A DNA stretch of 48,829 nt from a virus (taxonomy: Duplodnaviria; Caudoviricetes). Below the pieces are notes generated by a model. It was given only the letters and a program-made list of their open reading frames with translations. It made no database searches and was not told the origin of the DNA. A program made the translations under genes and the position numbers. The stretch is from positions 1-48,829 of IMG/VR virus record IMGVR_UViG_3300047187_000002; one strand, written 5' to 3'. Below, piece by piece: positions 8,851-17,449 of this stretch. Position 1 is the stretch's first letter; the number at the start of each line of letters is the position of its first letter.

Positions 8851-8929
8851 GGTATCACAATCTGTGACCTCAAGTATAACATATATACTTTCCTTCATAA
8901 GTTAAAGTTTGAAAATAAATATTAAAATG

Positions 8930-8960
8930 TTTGTTTTGTAATAATTAATAACTATCTTTC
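8930..8960 (+). promoter_or_regulatory. Probable early promoter
   Basis: TTTG-N19-TATCTTTC, one mismatch to consensus, just upstream of 8976. Confidence 0.65.
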
Positions 8961-8975
8961 GGAAAAATTAAGAAT

Positions 8976-9164
8976 ATGACAAAAGATAAACCAACAAAAA
9001 GCAGGGTAATAGAAATACCCAACGATTTCAATCGTAAACTTCGTATGCGTGTGCTTGAGCTTGCTGATATTGGTATTGATACAACAGTACCGGAACTTAT
9101 TATTAAGTTGGCTCAACTTGGTCTTCAGATTGAAAAGAAAGAAATTGAAATTACAAAAATATGA
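8976..9164 (+). CDS. Small DNA-binding regulator (ribbon-helix-helix-like)
   Basis: 62 aa, SRVIEIP strand then two helices; first gene after early promoter. Confidence 0.5.
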   Translation: MTKDKPTKSRVIEIPNDFNRKLRMRVLELADIGIDTTVPELIIKLAQLGLQIEKKEIEITKI

Positions 9165-9275
9165 AAATCTATTACATCCAGGATTCAGCCTTCGATCCAT
9201 TTATCGTAGGCAATTACATCGCACCCGCACATCTTGAATTAATTAAACTTTATTGCCAAAACTAGGAATAAAACA

Positions 9276-9533
9276 ATGACAAACATCGGAAAACAGATTT
9301 TCAATATAGGATGTCAGGCAGCAAAGATTCAGGCAAACATACCTGATGAAGTAAATACCGGCTGTCCTGAATGTCATTCAAACAGGGCTATGCGACTCAA
9401 TTTTCGGGGTGAAGGTATATGGCACGAATATAAAGTTGAGAGATACGGTGCTCAGTTTGACCCGGGTGACTATATATGTGAGAATGACCATGAATTTAAA
9501 GTTGACGACTATTGTGAAATTATTAAACTATAA
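9276..9533 (+). CDS. Zn-ribbon-like hypothetical protein
   Basis: CPECH...CENDHEF. Confidence 0.55.
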   Translation: MTNIGKQIFNIGCQAAKIQANIPDEVNTGCPECHSNRAMRLNFRGEGIWHEYKVERYGAQFDPGDYICENDHEFKVDDYCEIIKL

Positions 9534-9536
9534 ACT

Positions 9537-9950
9537 ATGAAAGCAACTATTCAAGAAGTAATATTTCAAAAGGAATATAAAACCCAGTTCGGGCAGATGT
9601 ATTCTTTTAAGGTCAAATATGATGATCAGGTAGCAATCTACTCATCAAAATATAAAGATCAGAAGAAGTTTATTGCCGGGCAAGAGTCTGAATTTACAGA
9701 GGAAACAAAAACCTATACTGATAAAAACGGCAATTCGAAAGAATACCTTGTTATCAAACCACCGAATCCAAATAAGCAATCCAATTTTGGTAAGGCTCTG
9801 AAAAAAGAACAGACCCGGTATTCTGGTTTTGCAACTTCATACGCAAAAGACTTAGTAGTTGCAGGCAAAATTCCTTTTGAAGATTTGGCTACTGAATCAT
9901 GGATACTCTTTGAACTCATGGTCACAATGGATAAAAGCATTGAGTCATGA
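9537..9950 (+). CDS. Recombination-module protein (possible ssDNA-binding/annealing)
   Basis: Directly upstream of YqaJ nuclease; beta-rich N-terminus. Confidence 0.45.
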   Translation: MKATIQEVIFQKEYKTQFGQMYSFKVKYDDQVAIYSSKYKDQKKFIAGQESEFTEETKTYTDKNGNSKEYLVIKPPNPNKQSNFGKALKKEQTRYSGFATSYAKDLVVAGKIPFEDLATESWILFELMVTMDKSIES

Positions 9951-10567
9951 TAGTCCTGAATATTGAACAGCAGTCCGAGGCTTGGTGTGAGGCTCGGTGC
10001 GGACGGGTAACGGGAACCAGGTTTAAATCCCTGATGATGGCTGGATCTACTCAGGGTTATAAAGACCTTATTACAAATATAGCCTGTGAAATCATTACAG
10101 GTAGGATGGAAGAAACATATTCCAATGCTATTATGGAATACGGTTTGGAGACTGAACCGGAGGCCCGGAAAGAATATGAATCAATTTTCGGAACGGAAGT
10201 CATAACTGCCGGATTTATAATGAGAGACGAAGATGATAAATATCATAACTGGATTGGTATTTCTCCGGATGGATTAATTGACAAAGGCATAATTGAAATT
10301 AAGTGCCCTTTAATGCGAACTCACCTTGAATATATTGAGACTGATAAATTACCTTATGAATACCGCAACCAAGTACAGGGACAATTATTTGTAACAGGAT
10401 TTGAGTTCTGTGATTTCATGTCATACGTGCCAGGAATGAAACCATTTATTATTCGTGTATATCCTGATACTGATTTATTCAAAGAGTTTGAATTGAAATT
10501 AGATAAACTCATTGAACAGGTAGAAAATAAACTTGAATTATATAACAAATACGAATATCTAAAATGA
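9947..10567 (+). CDS. YqaJ/lambda-exonuclease family recombination nuclease
   Basis: Q.SEAW...R.G.VTG; SPDGL...EIKCP; QVQGQL. Confidence 0.9.
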   Translation: MIVLNIEQQSEAWCEARCGRVTGTRFKSLMMAGSTQGYKDLITNIACEIITGRMEETYSNAIMEYGLETEPEARKEYESIFGTEVITAGFIMRDEDDKYHNWIGISPDGLIDKGIIEIKCPLMRTHLEYIETDKLPYEYRNQVQGQLFVTGFEFCDFMSYVPGMKPFIIRVYPDTDLFKEFELKLDKLIEQVENKLELYNKYEYLK

Positions 10568-10998
10568 ACAAAGTAATCTTATTCGGCAATGTCGGGAAAG
10601 ATGCCGAAGTCAAAAGACTTGAATCCGGCAATGTAGTGGCAAAGTTTAATCTTGCTACTAATAAAAGTTACACAAATAAACAGGGTGAAAAGATCACAGA
10701 GACACAATGGCATAACATTGTTCTTTGGGGCAAACTCGCCGAACTTGCTGAAAAGTATATTAAAAAAGGCAATTCAATAATCATTGAAGGTGAAATCGTT
10801 TATCGGAGTTATGAGAATAAAGAAGGGGTTACGGTTTACATAACCGAAGTCAATGGCGACAAACTTCATTTTGCCGGTGGTAAAAAAGAAGAAGATAAAA
10901 CTACTCCTCAAAAAACCGGAGACGTTGAAACAGATATTCGGGCCGGTGCTTATGGCGGCAAAGCAGAAGATGATCCCTCATTTGATCCCTTCGCATGA
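10564..10998 (+). CDS. ssb: Single-stranded DNA-binding protein
   Basis: MNKVILFGNVGKD...TQWHNIVLWGKLAE; acidic DPF tail. Confidence 0.95.
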   Translation: MNKVILFGNVGKDAEVKRLESGNVVAKFNLATNKSYTNKQGEKITETQWHNIVLWGKLAELAEKYIKKGNSIIIEGEIVYRSYENKEGVTVYITEVNGDKLHFAGGKKEEDKTTPQKTGDVETDIRAGAYGGKAEDDPSFDPFA

Positions 10999-11402
10999 AA
11001 ATACTTTGCAGAAATACCATATCCGGCTTAGTGCCTCTGTACCCGTCTGATTATGATGAAAAGCGAAAATTGAAATTAGGACAGGATTATGAGGTTGATA
11101 TTAAGAATCCCAGGAACGTCGGTTTTCATCGGAAGTTTTTTGCACTACTGAATGTAGGACATGAAAATACAAATCTACAAATGCCATTTGAAACTTACCG
11201 AAAATATATGATTGTCAAAGCCGGATATTTTACTGCATACCAAACGCCTAAAGGAATCTATTATGATCCTGAAAGCATCAGTTTTGCGAACATGAATCAA
11301 GATCAATTTGAGGAGGTTTATTCACGAGTACTCGACAAAATAATTGAGGACATCGGAGCAACGAAAGAAGAAATCGAAAAGCAACTTATAAACTTTATGT
11401 GA
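10995..11402 (+). CDS. DUF1367-like protein
   Basis: KNPRNVGFHRKFFALL...SISFANMNQDQFEEVY. Confidence 0.75.
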   Translation: MKILCRNTISGLVPLYPSDYDEKRKLKLGQDYEVDIKNPRNVGFHRKFFALLNVGHENTNLQMPFETYRKYMIVKAGYFTAYQTPKGIYYDPESISFANMNQDQFEEVYSRVLDKIIEDIGATKEEIEKQLINFM

Positions 11403-11566
11403 TGATTTTCACTCTTATCAAATACGAGGCTAAAGACAAAGACTACGGGCGCACGGAACACGACTGTCCGAAATGTCACACAAATATCGCACCGGTATTC
11501 AGAAAGAAATACTATCTTTGTACAGAGTGCTTTTATAAAGGACTAATAACTGAATGGTATGATTAG
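11402..11566 (+). CDS. Small Zn-ribbon protein (54 aa)
   Basis: CPKC...CTEC; TGATG coupling; read by hand. Confidence 0.55.
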   Translation: MIFTLIKYEAKDKDYGRTEHDCPKCHTNIAPVFRKKYYLCTECFYKGLITEWYD

Positions 11567-11650
11567 ATTTATTGGTAAGTTTTTTCGCAGGTGGTGGCGC
11601 AACAGGCCGTTAAAACGGATAGGCTATTACGACTACATAAAAGGGAAGCT

Positions 11651-12031
11651 ATGCAAAAAGTAACATTACCTAAACTAAAGGCTAAACTCCAGTTGGTTTT
11701 CAATGCTTACATACGTGCGCGTGATAAAGGGAAACCTTGTATTTCCTGCGGTAAACCTAAAGACCTCCAAGCGGGTCACTTCTATTCTGTGAGGATGTAC
11801 GACGGGTTAAGATTTAATGAAGATAACTGCCACGGTGAATGTGCCGGATGCAATGCTTTTGACGATATGCACCTTTTGAGCTATGTAACAAACCTTGTAG
11901 AAAGAATAGGACGTGAACGTTATGAGGAGTTAAGACTAAAGGCTAATGACTATAAAGCAAATGGTTACAAGTGGAGCCGTACCGAGTTACTGGATTTGAT
12001 AGAAGAGTATAAACGCAAGATAAAAAAATGA
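11651..12031 (+). CDS. ninG: NinG/Rap-like recombination endonuclease
   Basis: FNAYIRARD..PCISCG..AGHF..LRFNEDNCHGECAGCN; ATG 11651 preferred over GTG 11591. Confidence 0.85.
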   Translation: MQKVTLPKLKAKLQLVFNAYIRARDKGKPCISCGKPKDLQAGHFYSVRMYDGLRFNEDNCHGECAGCNAFDDMHLLSYVTNLVERIGRERYEELRLKANDYKANGYKWSRTELLDLIEEYKRKIKK

Positions 12032-12085
12032 AGAAAGTATAAAACCTATTCAGGAAGCGATTAATGCTATAAAAACTAAAAAGTT

Positions 12086-13030
12086 ATGAAAATACAAGTA
12101 AAGAACATCGAATTTAATCCGTTTAGGAATATAAGCCTTGTTCCTATTGATAGGGTTACGGTTGAAAAACTAAAGGAATCTATTGAAGACTTGGGGCTTT
12201 GGGCTGGTATGACTGCCCGTCCGCACCCGACTATTAAAGGAAAATACCAAATACCTTACGGACATCATAGACTTGTTGCTATTCAGGAACTTGAGATTAA
12301 GGAAATTGATATTTCTGTAATCGAAATTTCTGATTTCAACATGGTTCTCATGATGGTTCAGGAGAATATGACTCAGCGGGGTGTATCTGTTGAAATGATT
12401 AACGGAACCGTCAGGGAAGTTAAAGAGTTCCTGGAAGTAGAATTAACAAAGTACGACACTTGGGATGAAGCCAAAAAGGTTGGCGAAATCACCAACCTTT
12501 TCGCTGAAGATAAAAACCCGATTGCGACATTCGGGCAAGTTAAGGGAAAACAGGGAGTCGGGCGAACTATACTTAAAAGATTTCTTAAAAATTCTATCCC
12601 AGAATGGAAAATAAAAGACGCTTTAGATACCATTAAATCAGATGATATTGATGAAGATGCTGTTAATGTGTTTAATAAAACAAGCAGGGGGGAAAGGTTC
12701 AAGAGAATAATCCGAAGAATTAATAAAGATAAAAAACAAGAGCAAGCTCCCAGGAGTGATAGCTTGCCTACCAACACTGTCAGCAGCGGACGGGAAAACG
12801 GATTACATGGGAGAGAACCGGAACGGAAAGCAGGAGAACGCATCCACTATTTTAAGGAATCTGACTGGTGGAAAAGAAACTGGATTAAGGTTGCATCCGA
12901 ACTTTGCAGAAGTAATGCAAGGATTCCCCATAGGATGGACAGAATAAAAGCATTAGGTAACTCAGTTAATCCGTATGTTGTCTATGAAATCTTTAAAGCA
13001 ATAGAACAAGTTAAAATTATTTGCCCGTGA
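12086..13030 (+). CDS. ParB/Srx N-terminal domain fused to C5-cytosine methyltransferase C-terminal remnant
   Basis: YQIPYGHHRLVA...ENMTQR; C-terminal RMDRIKALGNSVNPYVVYEIFKAI (motif X-like). Confidence 0.7.
   Translation: MKIQVKNIEFNPFRNISLVPIDRVTVEKLKESIEDLGLWAGMTARPHPTIKGKYQIPYGHHRLVAIQELEIKEIDISVIEISDFNMVLMMVQENMTQRGVSVEMINGTVREVKEFLEVELTKYDTWDEAKKVGEITNLFAEDKNPIATFGQVKGKQGVGRTILKRFLKNSIPEWKIKDALDTIKSDDIDEDAVNVFNKTSRGERFKRIIRRINKDKKQEQAPRSDSLPTNTVSSGRENGLHGREPERKAGERIHYFKESDWWKRNWIKVASELCRSNARIPHRMDRIKALGNSVNPYVVYEIFKAIEQVKIICP
12756..12947 (+). pseudogene. Nested alternative-frame C5-MTase beta-chain-like ORF
   Basis: LPTLSAADGK...LHPNFAEVMQGFPIGWTE (motif IX-like); no motifs I-VIII in the window. 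Confidence 0.6.
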
Positions 13031-13075
13031 GAGTACAACGTATAATATTAATTTGAAAAATAATTGACAAAATGT

Positions 13076-13106
13076 ATTGCCATGTCAAAAATTAGTTTTA
13101 ATATTG
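13076..13106 (+). promoter_or_regulatory. Promoter upstream of the endonuclease VII gene
   Basis: ATTG-N19-TAATATTG, near-consensus. Confidence 0.55.
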
Positions 13107-13110
13107 CATC

Positions 13111-13230
13111 ATGAACGTACCACTAATAAATAAACGATTCTATTTTCTAACTGCCCTGCTGGGTGAAAAGTCATTTCTATACGGTGGTACGTTTCCTTTG
13201 GCTTCAATCCCAGTGGGGCTTAATATATAA
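13111..13230 (+). promoter_or_regulatory. Structured leader containing a 39-codon uORF
   Basis: Crossed stems 13114-13123/13184-13193 and 13153-13163/13209-13219. Confidence 0.55.
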
Positions 13231-13233
13231 GAT

Positions 13234-13683
13234 ATGTTTGATAATAAACAATATTATATTGATAATAGAGAGAAAATTCTTGAATCTGGAAAACAATACA
13301 GAAATGATCACAGATTAGAATATAGAGCAAGAAAAAAACAAGAAAGACTTAATAATCTTGAGCATTATAGACAAAAAGAACGTGAAGCTAGTAGAAGAAG
13401 GATAAACAAAATCTATTATCCCGTTGATCCTAAAGTTATAAAAAATCGGAAATTAAAAAAACAATACGGAATAACACTTAATGAATATAATGAGATGTAT
13501 AATAAACAGGAGGGTAAATGTTTAATATGTAATGAATTGTTTCCGATATTGTGTATTGATCATAATCATTTAACAAATAAAATAAGAGGATTATTATGTC
13601 ATCAGTGTAATTTAATGATAGGTAATTCTGGAGAAAATATAAAGATACTTGAAAATGCAATTTTATATATTAATAATCAATAA
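13234..13683 (+). CDS. Endonuclease VII-family HNH nuclease
   Basis: CLICNE..IDHNH..KIRGLLCHQCN; very AT-rich. Confidence 0.9.
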   Translation: MFDNKQYYIDNREKILESGKQYRNDHRLEYRARKKQERLNNLEHYRQKEREASRRRINKIYYPVDPKVIKNRKLKKQYGITLNEYNEMYNKQEGKCLICNELFPILCIDHNHLTNKIRGLLCHQCNLMIGNSGENIKILENAILYINNQ

Positions 13684-13730
13684 AATCCATACCGGCACCG
13701 CTTTTTTGAAACTTATTAAATACTTTATAT

Positions 13731-14651
13731 ATGGGAGAATTGGTAAAATTTGACACAGGCACGGGCGAAATTGTAAACTACGATGATGCCAAAAGACAAT
13801 ATCAAAGAATTGAAACTTATAAACAAGCTATTTTGACCTACCAAAAATTGGGTGGTGACATCAGTGAGATTATACCGCCCGCTATTGATATTTTATGGGA
13901 CGAAGTTGCACTTGGCAGGTTTCTTCGAGTTATGGAGAAAAATAAAGGTGCTGCTGAAAAGGACTGGCAAAACGCAGTCGAGTCGGACGACCGCGTTCCA
14001 AAAGTGGAGGAAATTGTCGGTAGTAAAGATAAATCAAGCTTATTGCAAAGGATATCGAAATTTACTAATGAAACTATTCAGGATTACATAGATCTCTGCA
14101 TTGAAAATAATTCTTTGCCTAAAAGTGGGGATCTTAAAAACATGGCAAATTTAAAAAGCAAAATGACAGGGGATAACGAATGGTACACTCCGGCCATTTA
14201 TATAGAGAAAGTTAGAAGGGTTTTGGGGTGTATAGATTTAGACCCAGCTTCAAGTGAATTTGCACAAAATATTGTTAAGGCAAAGAAATATTACACTATT
14301 GAAACTAACGGTCTCGATAAGGATTGGAAGGGGAATGTTTTTATGAATCCCCCATTTGGCAGGGCTGAAATTAATCTATTTATTAATAAATGGGTCGAAG
14401 AAATTAAAAATAAAAATATTAAGTCAACAATCTTATTGACTAATAATTTTACAGATACATCTTGGTTTCATAATGCTGCCGTTATCTCTAAATTATTATG
14501 CTTTACAAGGGGGCGGGTTAATTTTTATAAACAAGAAGACACAAAATCGGGATCTACTAATGGACAATTATTCTATTATTACGGAGATAATTTAAAGGGG
14601 TTTCAAGATGAATTTAACGACGTGGGTTTAATAGTATCCGTCTATGTATAA
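13731..14651 (+). CDS. Phage DNA N6-adenine methyltransferase
   Basis: EWYTP...DLDPAS...NPPF...TDTSWF. Confidence 0.88.
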   Translation: MGELVKFDTGTGEIVNYDDAKRQYQRIETYKQAILTYQKLGGDISEIIPPAIDILWDEVALGRFLRVMEKNKGAAEKDWQNAVESDDRVPKVEEIVGSKDKSSLLQRISKFTNETIQDYIDLCIENNSLPKSGDLKNMANLKSKMTGDNEWYTPAIYIEKVRRVLGCIDLDPASSEFAQNIVKAKKYYTIETNGLDKDWKGNVFMNPPFGRAEINLFINKWVEEIKNKNIKSTILLTNNFTDTSWFHNAAVISKLLCFTRGRVNFYKQEDTKSGSTNGQLFYYYGDNLKGFQDEFNDVGLIVSVYV

Positions 14652-15060
14652 CGAGCCCGGGAATATATTAAACCCTGAAAAGTTTGAACAGAAAGTTTCA
14701 TTTAAGGGATTAAAAAGAGACAGGGGTATTTCTCCTACGGACATAGACGCCTGTATTGATTATAACGGAAACGCTTTTGTTTATATGGAATTTAAAACAG
14801 AGGGTGCAGAATTGAAAAACGGTCAAAGAATGGCACTCGAAAATATTGTAAAATCACATTCAAAGGCGGGACATCCTTCTTGCGCCTTAATTCTTTATCA
14901 TAATACACCGGCAAGAAATGAAATAATAGCCAAAGATCTAATTGTGGATAATGTTTATCAAAATAATAAATGGAGAGACTGGAGAAGTGCCGACCAGACA
15001 TTATTACAATTTCTGGAATATTGGGAAAAATGGTGCAAAAGTGAAAATGTAAAAATTTGA
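14644..15060 (+). CDS. PD-(D/E)XK nuclease-like protein
   Basis: PTDIDACIDY...MEFK. Confidence 0.55.
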   Translation: MYNEPGNILNPEKFEQKVSFKGLKRDRGISPTDIDACIDYNGNAFVYMEFKTEGAELKNGQRMALENIVKSHSKAGHPSCALILYHNTPARNEIIAKDLIVDNVYQNNKWRDWRSADQTLLQFLEYWEKWCKSENVKI

Positions 15061-15063
15061 AAT

Positions 15064-15744
15064 ATGGCAAAGGATCCGGCAGTACTCCTGTATACTCAAG
15101 ACTTCCTTACTGGCACGTTTTTAATGACCAACGAGCAGGTAGGAAAGTATATAAGACTTCTTTGTTTACAACAGCAAAATGGCGGACTTTGTGAGGCAGA
15201 CATGTTGCAAATTTGTGGCGAAAAGGATGATAAAATATGGGCAAAGTTTGACTGCGAAAACGGACATTATTATAATAAAAGAATGCTTTTAGAGACTAAA
15301 AAACGTAGTGCTTATTCTGAGAGTAGAAGAAATAATGCTAAAGCATATGCTGAGCATATGGGTACGCATATGGAAATATGCAATAAGAAAGATGAAATAG
15401 GAAATAAGAAAGAAGAAAAAGAAATTGTATTTAAAAGTGAAGTTTTTGAATTTTCTGAAAAATACCCGGAAGCGATGTTAAATGCTTTTTGCTCTTACTG
15501 GACTGAAAAAAGTAAAAGCGGTAAGATGCGTTATGAATTTGAAAAGACTTTTGAAATTTCGAGGCGATTATTTACGTGGGCGGGCAGGGATAAAACTATT
15601 GTAAAGACTAACACTTCTGAAATTATTACTCACCGTGAATTACTTGACAGATTTAACAAGGGTGAAACAGCGATATGGGAAGATTATGAAAAGATAATGG
15701 GCGATAATGGCAAGGTAACATGGAAACGAAAAACTAAGATATGA
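15064..15744 (+). CDS. Replication initiator (YdaU/DUF1376-like N-terminus)
   Basis: KDPAVLLYTQDFLTGT..MTNEQVGKYIRLLC; internal iterons. Confidence 0.8.
   Translation: MAKDPAVLLYTQDFLTGTFLMTNEQVGKYIRLLCLQQQNGGLCEADMLQICGEKDDKIWAKFDCENGHYYNKRMLLETKKRSAYSESRRNNAKAYAEHMGTHMEICNKKDEIGNKKEEKEIVFKSEVFEFSEKYPEAMLNAFCSYWTEKSKSGKMRYEFEKTFEISRRLFTWAGRDKTIVKTNTSEIITHRELLDRFNKGETAIWEDYEKIMGDNGKVTWKRKTKI
15342..15425. repeat. Iteron-like GCATATG repeats plus A-rich tract (putative origin)
   Basis: GCATATG at 15343, 15354 and 15366, then a purine/A-rich run. Confidence 0.55.
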
Positions 15745-16118
15745 AACCGTCAATATTAGAAATAGAAAAGATTGTCTGTAAGGGAGAAGAAGTTCTTTCG
15801 CAGGATTTACATAATGGTAGGCGATTCGCACGGTTTAATACACCGAGGCAGATTATAATGTTTTTTGCTTTAGAATACGGATATACTCAGTTTAAAGCAG
15901 GACAATACTTTTTCCGTGACCATGCAACTGTTATTAATGCGAGACAGAGTATTAATAATTTTTGTGATACTGACACAAAATTTAGGGCAAAGATTGATAA
16001 CTACCGCAAAAAGATAGAACACGAAATGTTAATAGTTGAAAAACACGAGGGATTAACTTTTGCTCATTTTATGATACCGAGGATGAAATTAATAGGTTAT
16101 CAAAATCAAATACTATGA
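15741..16118 (+). CDS. DnaA domain IV-like helix-turn-helix protein
   Basis: PRQIIMFF...AGQYFFRDHATVINA resembles DnaA C-terminal RQIAMYL..IG..F.RDHTTV. Confidence 0.75.
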   Translation: MKPSILEIEKIVCKGEEVLSQDLHNGRRFARFNTPRQIIMFFALEYGYTQFKAGQYFFRDHATVINARQSINNFCDTDTKFRAKIDNYRKKIEHEMLIVEKHEGLTFAHFMIPRMKLIGYQNQIL

Positions 16119-16426
16119 CAAAAGAGAAAATTAACTACAAAGATATTATTGCTTTAGGGTTCAAAAGGCAAGATGAAAATGACAGTGTATTTTATGACGA
16201 AAATGGTTACGATTGGTTTATTGTAACAAAGCGAATATCAAAGTCTTTTTATATGAACTGGGACTGTGAGACTCATTTTGTTGAACTCATACGGGAAAAG
16301 AAAGGGGACATCCTTAATAGGATTGATCTCATTAATCTCGATGCGGTAAAAGGTATGATTGACTTTTTTACAAAGACAAATTCGAAGAAAGGGGAAGATA
16401 ATAATTATATATATCAGACATCATGA
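16115..16426 (+). CDS. Hypothetical protein
   Basis: ATGA-coupled ORF. Confidence 0.6.
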   Translation: MTKEKINYKDIIALGFKRQDENDSVFYDENGYDWFIVTKRISKSFYMNWDCETHFVELIREKKGDILNRIDLINLDAVKGMIDFFTKTNSKKGEDNNYIYQTS

Positions 16427-16563
16427 CAAAGAAAGAATTTGAAAGATCACAGTATGAGGAGCCACATTCAGGGAAAATTTTCCTGATATTGATTCCGGTT
16501 GCTATGATTGGACTCGCCGCACTTGCTTATTGGTTTATTTGGTTTTTAATAAGCCTAATATGA
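16423..16563 (+). CDS. Small TM protein (46 aa)
   Basis: MTKKEFER...IFLILIPVAMIGLAALAYWFIWFLISLI; ATGA-coupled on both sides. Confidence 0.55.
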   Translation: MTKKEFERSQYEEPHSGKIFLILIPVAMIGLAALAYWFIWFLISLI

Positions 16564-16763
16564 AAAGGTTGTTTAAATCGAAATTGCGAAAGAAGATTGA
16601 GTTTTATATCGAAATGAATAAAGACAGTCTGATTGCTATTGACAGGGAAATGGCAGTAAAGAAAATTAAACGAACTCTTAATTCTGCCGAATATTCTAAA
16701 TATGCAATTCAAAGAATGGATATAATACAGGAAATTAAATTGTTAAATGAATTACTGAAATGA
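16560..16763 (+). CDS. Hypothetical protein
   Basis: ATG 16560 overlaps upstream TGA. Confidence 0.5.
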   Translation: MKRLFKSKLRKKIEFYIEMNKDSLIAIDREMAVKKIKRTLNSAEYSKYAIQRMDIIQEIKLLNELLK

Positions 16764-17164
16764 AGAAACTACTTGCGACAATATTCATAGCGGTATCTTT
16801 CGGAGTCGCTTTCGCCCCTGCTTATAACTGTGCAACAATCTTCCGAGCTGAGGGAATTAATCCGTATGAAAAACTTATCCTTGCAGTTGTGCAGGTAGAG
16901 TCGAATGGCAATGTATATGCTTTAAATAAGCACGAAGGGGCTTTCGGGAGTTTTCAGATACGGGAGTGCCGTCTACGAGATTATAATGCCAGAAACGGCT
17001 CTAAATACATCTTGAGTGATATGTATGATTATGAACTTGCAAAGAAAGTGTTTAATTATTACTGTCAGGGCAGGGATTTTGAGACAATAGCGAAGGAGTG
17101 GAATGGCAAAAGTAAACATAACCACTACTGGGCAAAAGTTTTGGAACAACTTAATAAAATTTAA
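16760..17164 (+). CDS. Signal-peptide lysozyme-like/lytic transglycosylase
   Basis: MKKLLATIFIAVSFGVAFA; VQVESNG...AFGSFQI. Confidence 0.7.
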   Translation: MKKLLATIFIAVSFGVAFAPAYNCATIFRAEGINPYEKLILAVVQVESNGNVYALNKHEGAFGSFQIRECRLRDYNARNGSKYILSDMYDYELAKKVFNYYCQGRDFETIAKEWNGKSKHNHYWAKVLEQLNKI

Positions 17165-17166
17165 CG

Positions 17167-17427
17167 ATGGAAGAAACGATACTTGAGATAATAAATGAGC
17201 ATTATAATCCATACGAAGGAGAATATGGAAGATGTCACCACGAGTTTGCTGCCAAAGAGATTGCAAAACTTTTTATAAAGTTTATAGAGTGGGGAACTAG
17301 CAAAAATTCACCAGCCGCAGTACTTTATGGAAATCAATCCGAAAGATTTGCCACCACAAAAAAGGACTATACTATTGAGGAACTTTTCAATTATTGGTTA
17401 AAGAAAGATAACTCCTCGCAAGAGTAA
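17167..17427 (+). CDS. Hypothetical protein
   Basis: ORF in accessory array. Confidence 0.55.
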   Translation: MEETILEIINEHYNPYEGEYGRCHHEFAAKEIAKLFIKFIEWGTSKNSPAAVLYGNQSERFATTKKDYTIEELFNYWLKKDNSSQE

Positions 17428-17449
17428 TTAAACTTAATAGACAAGAGAG

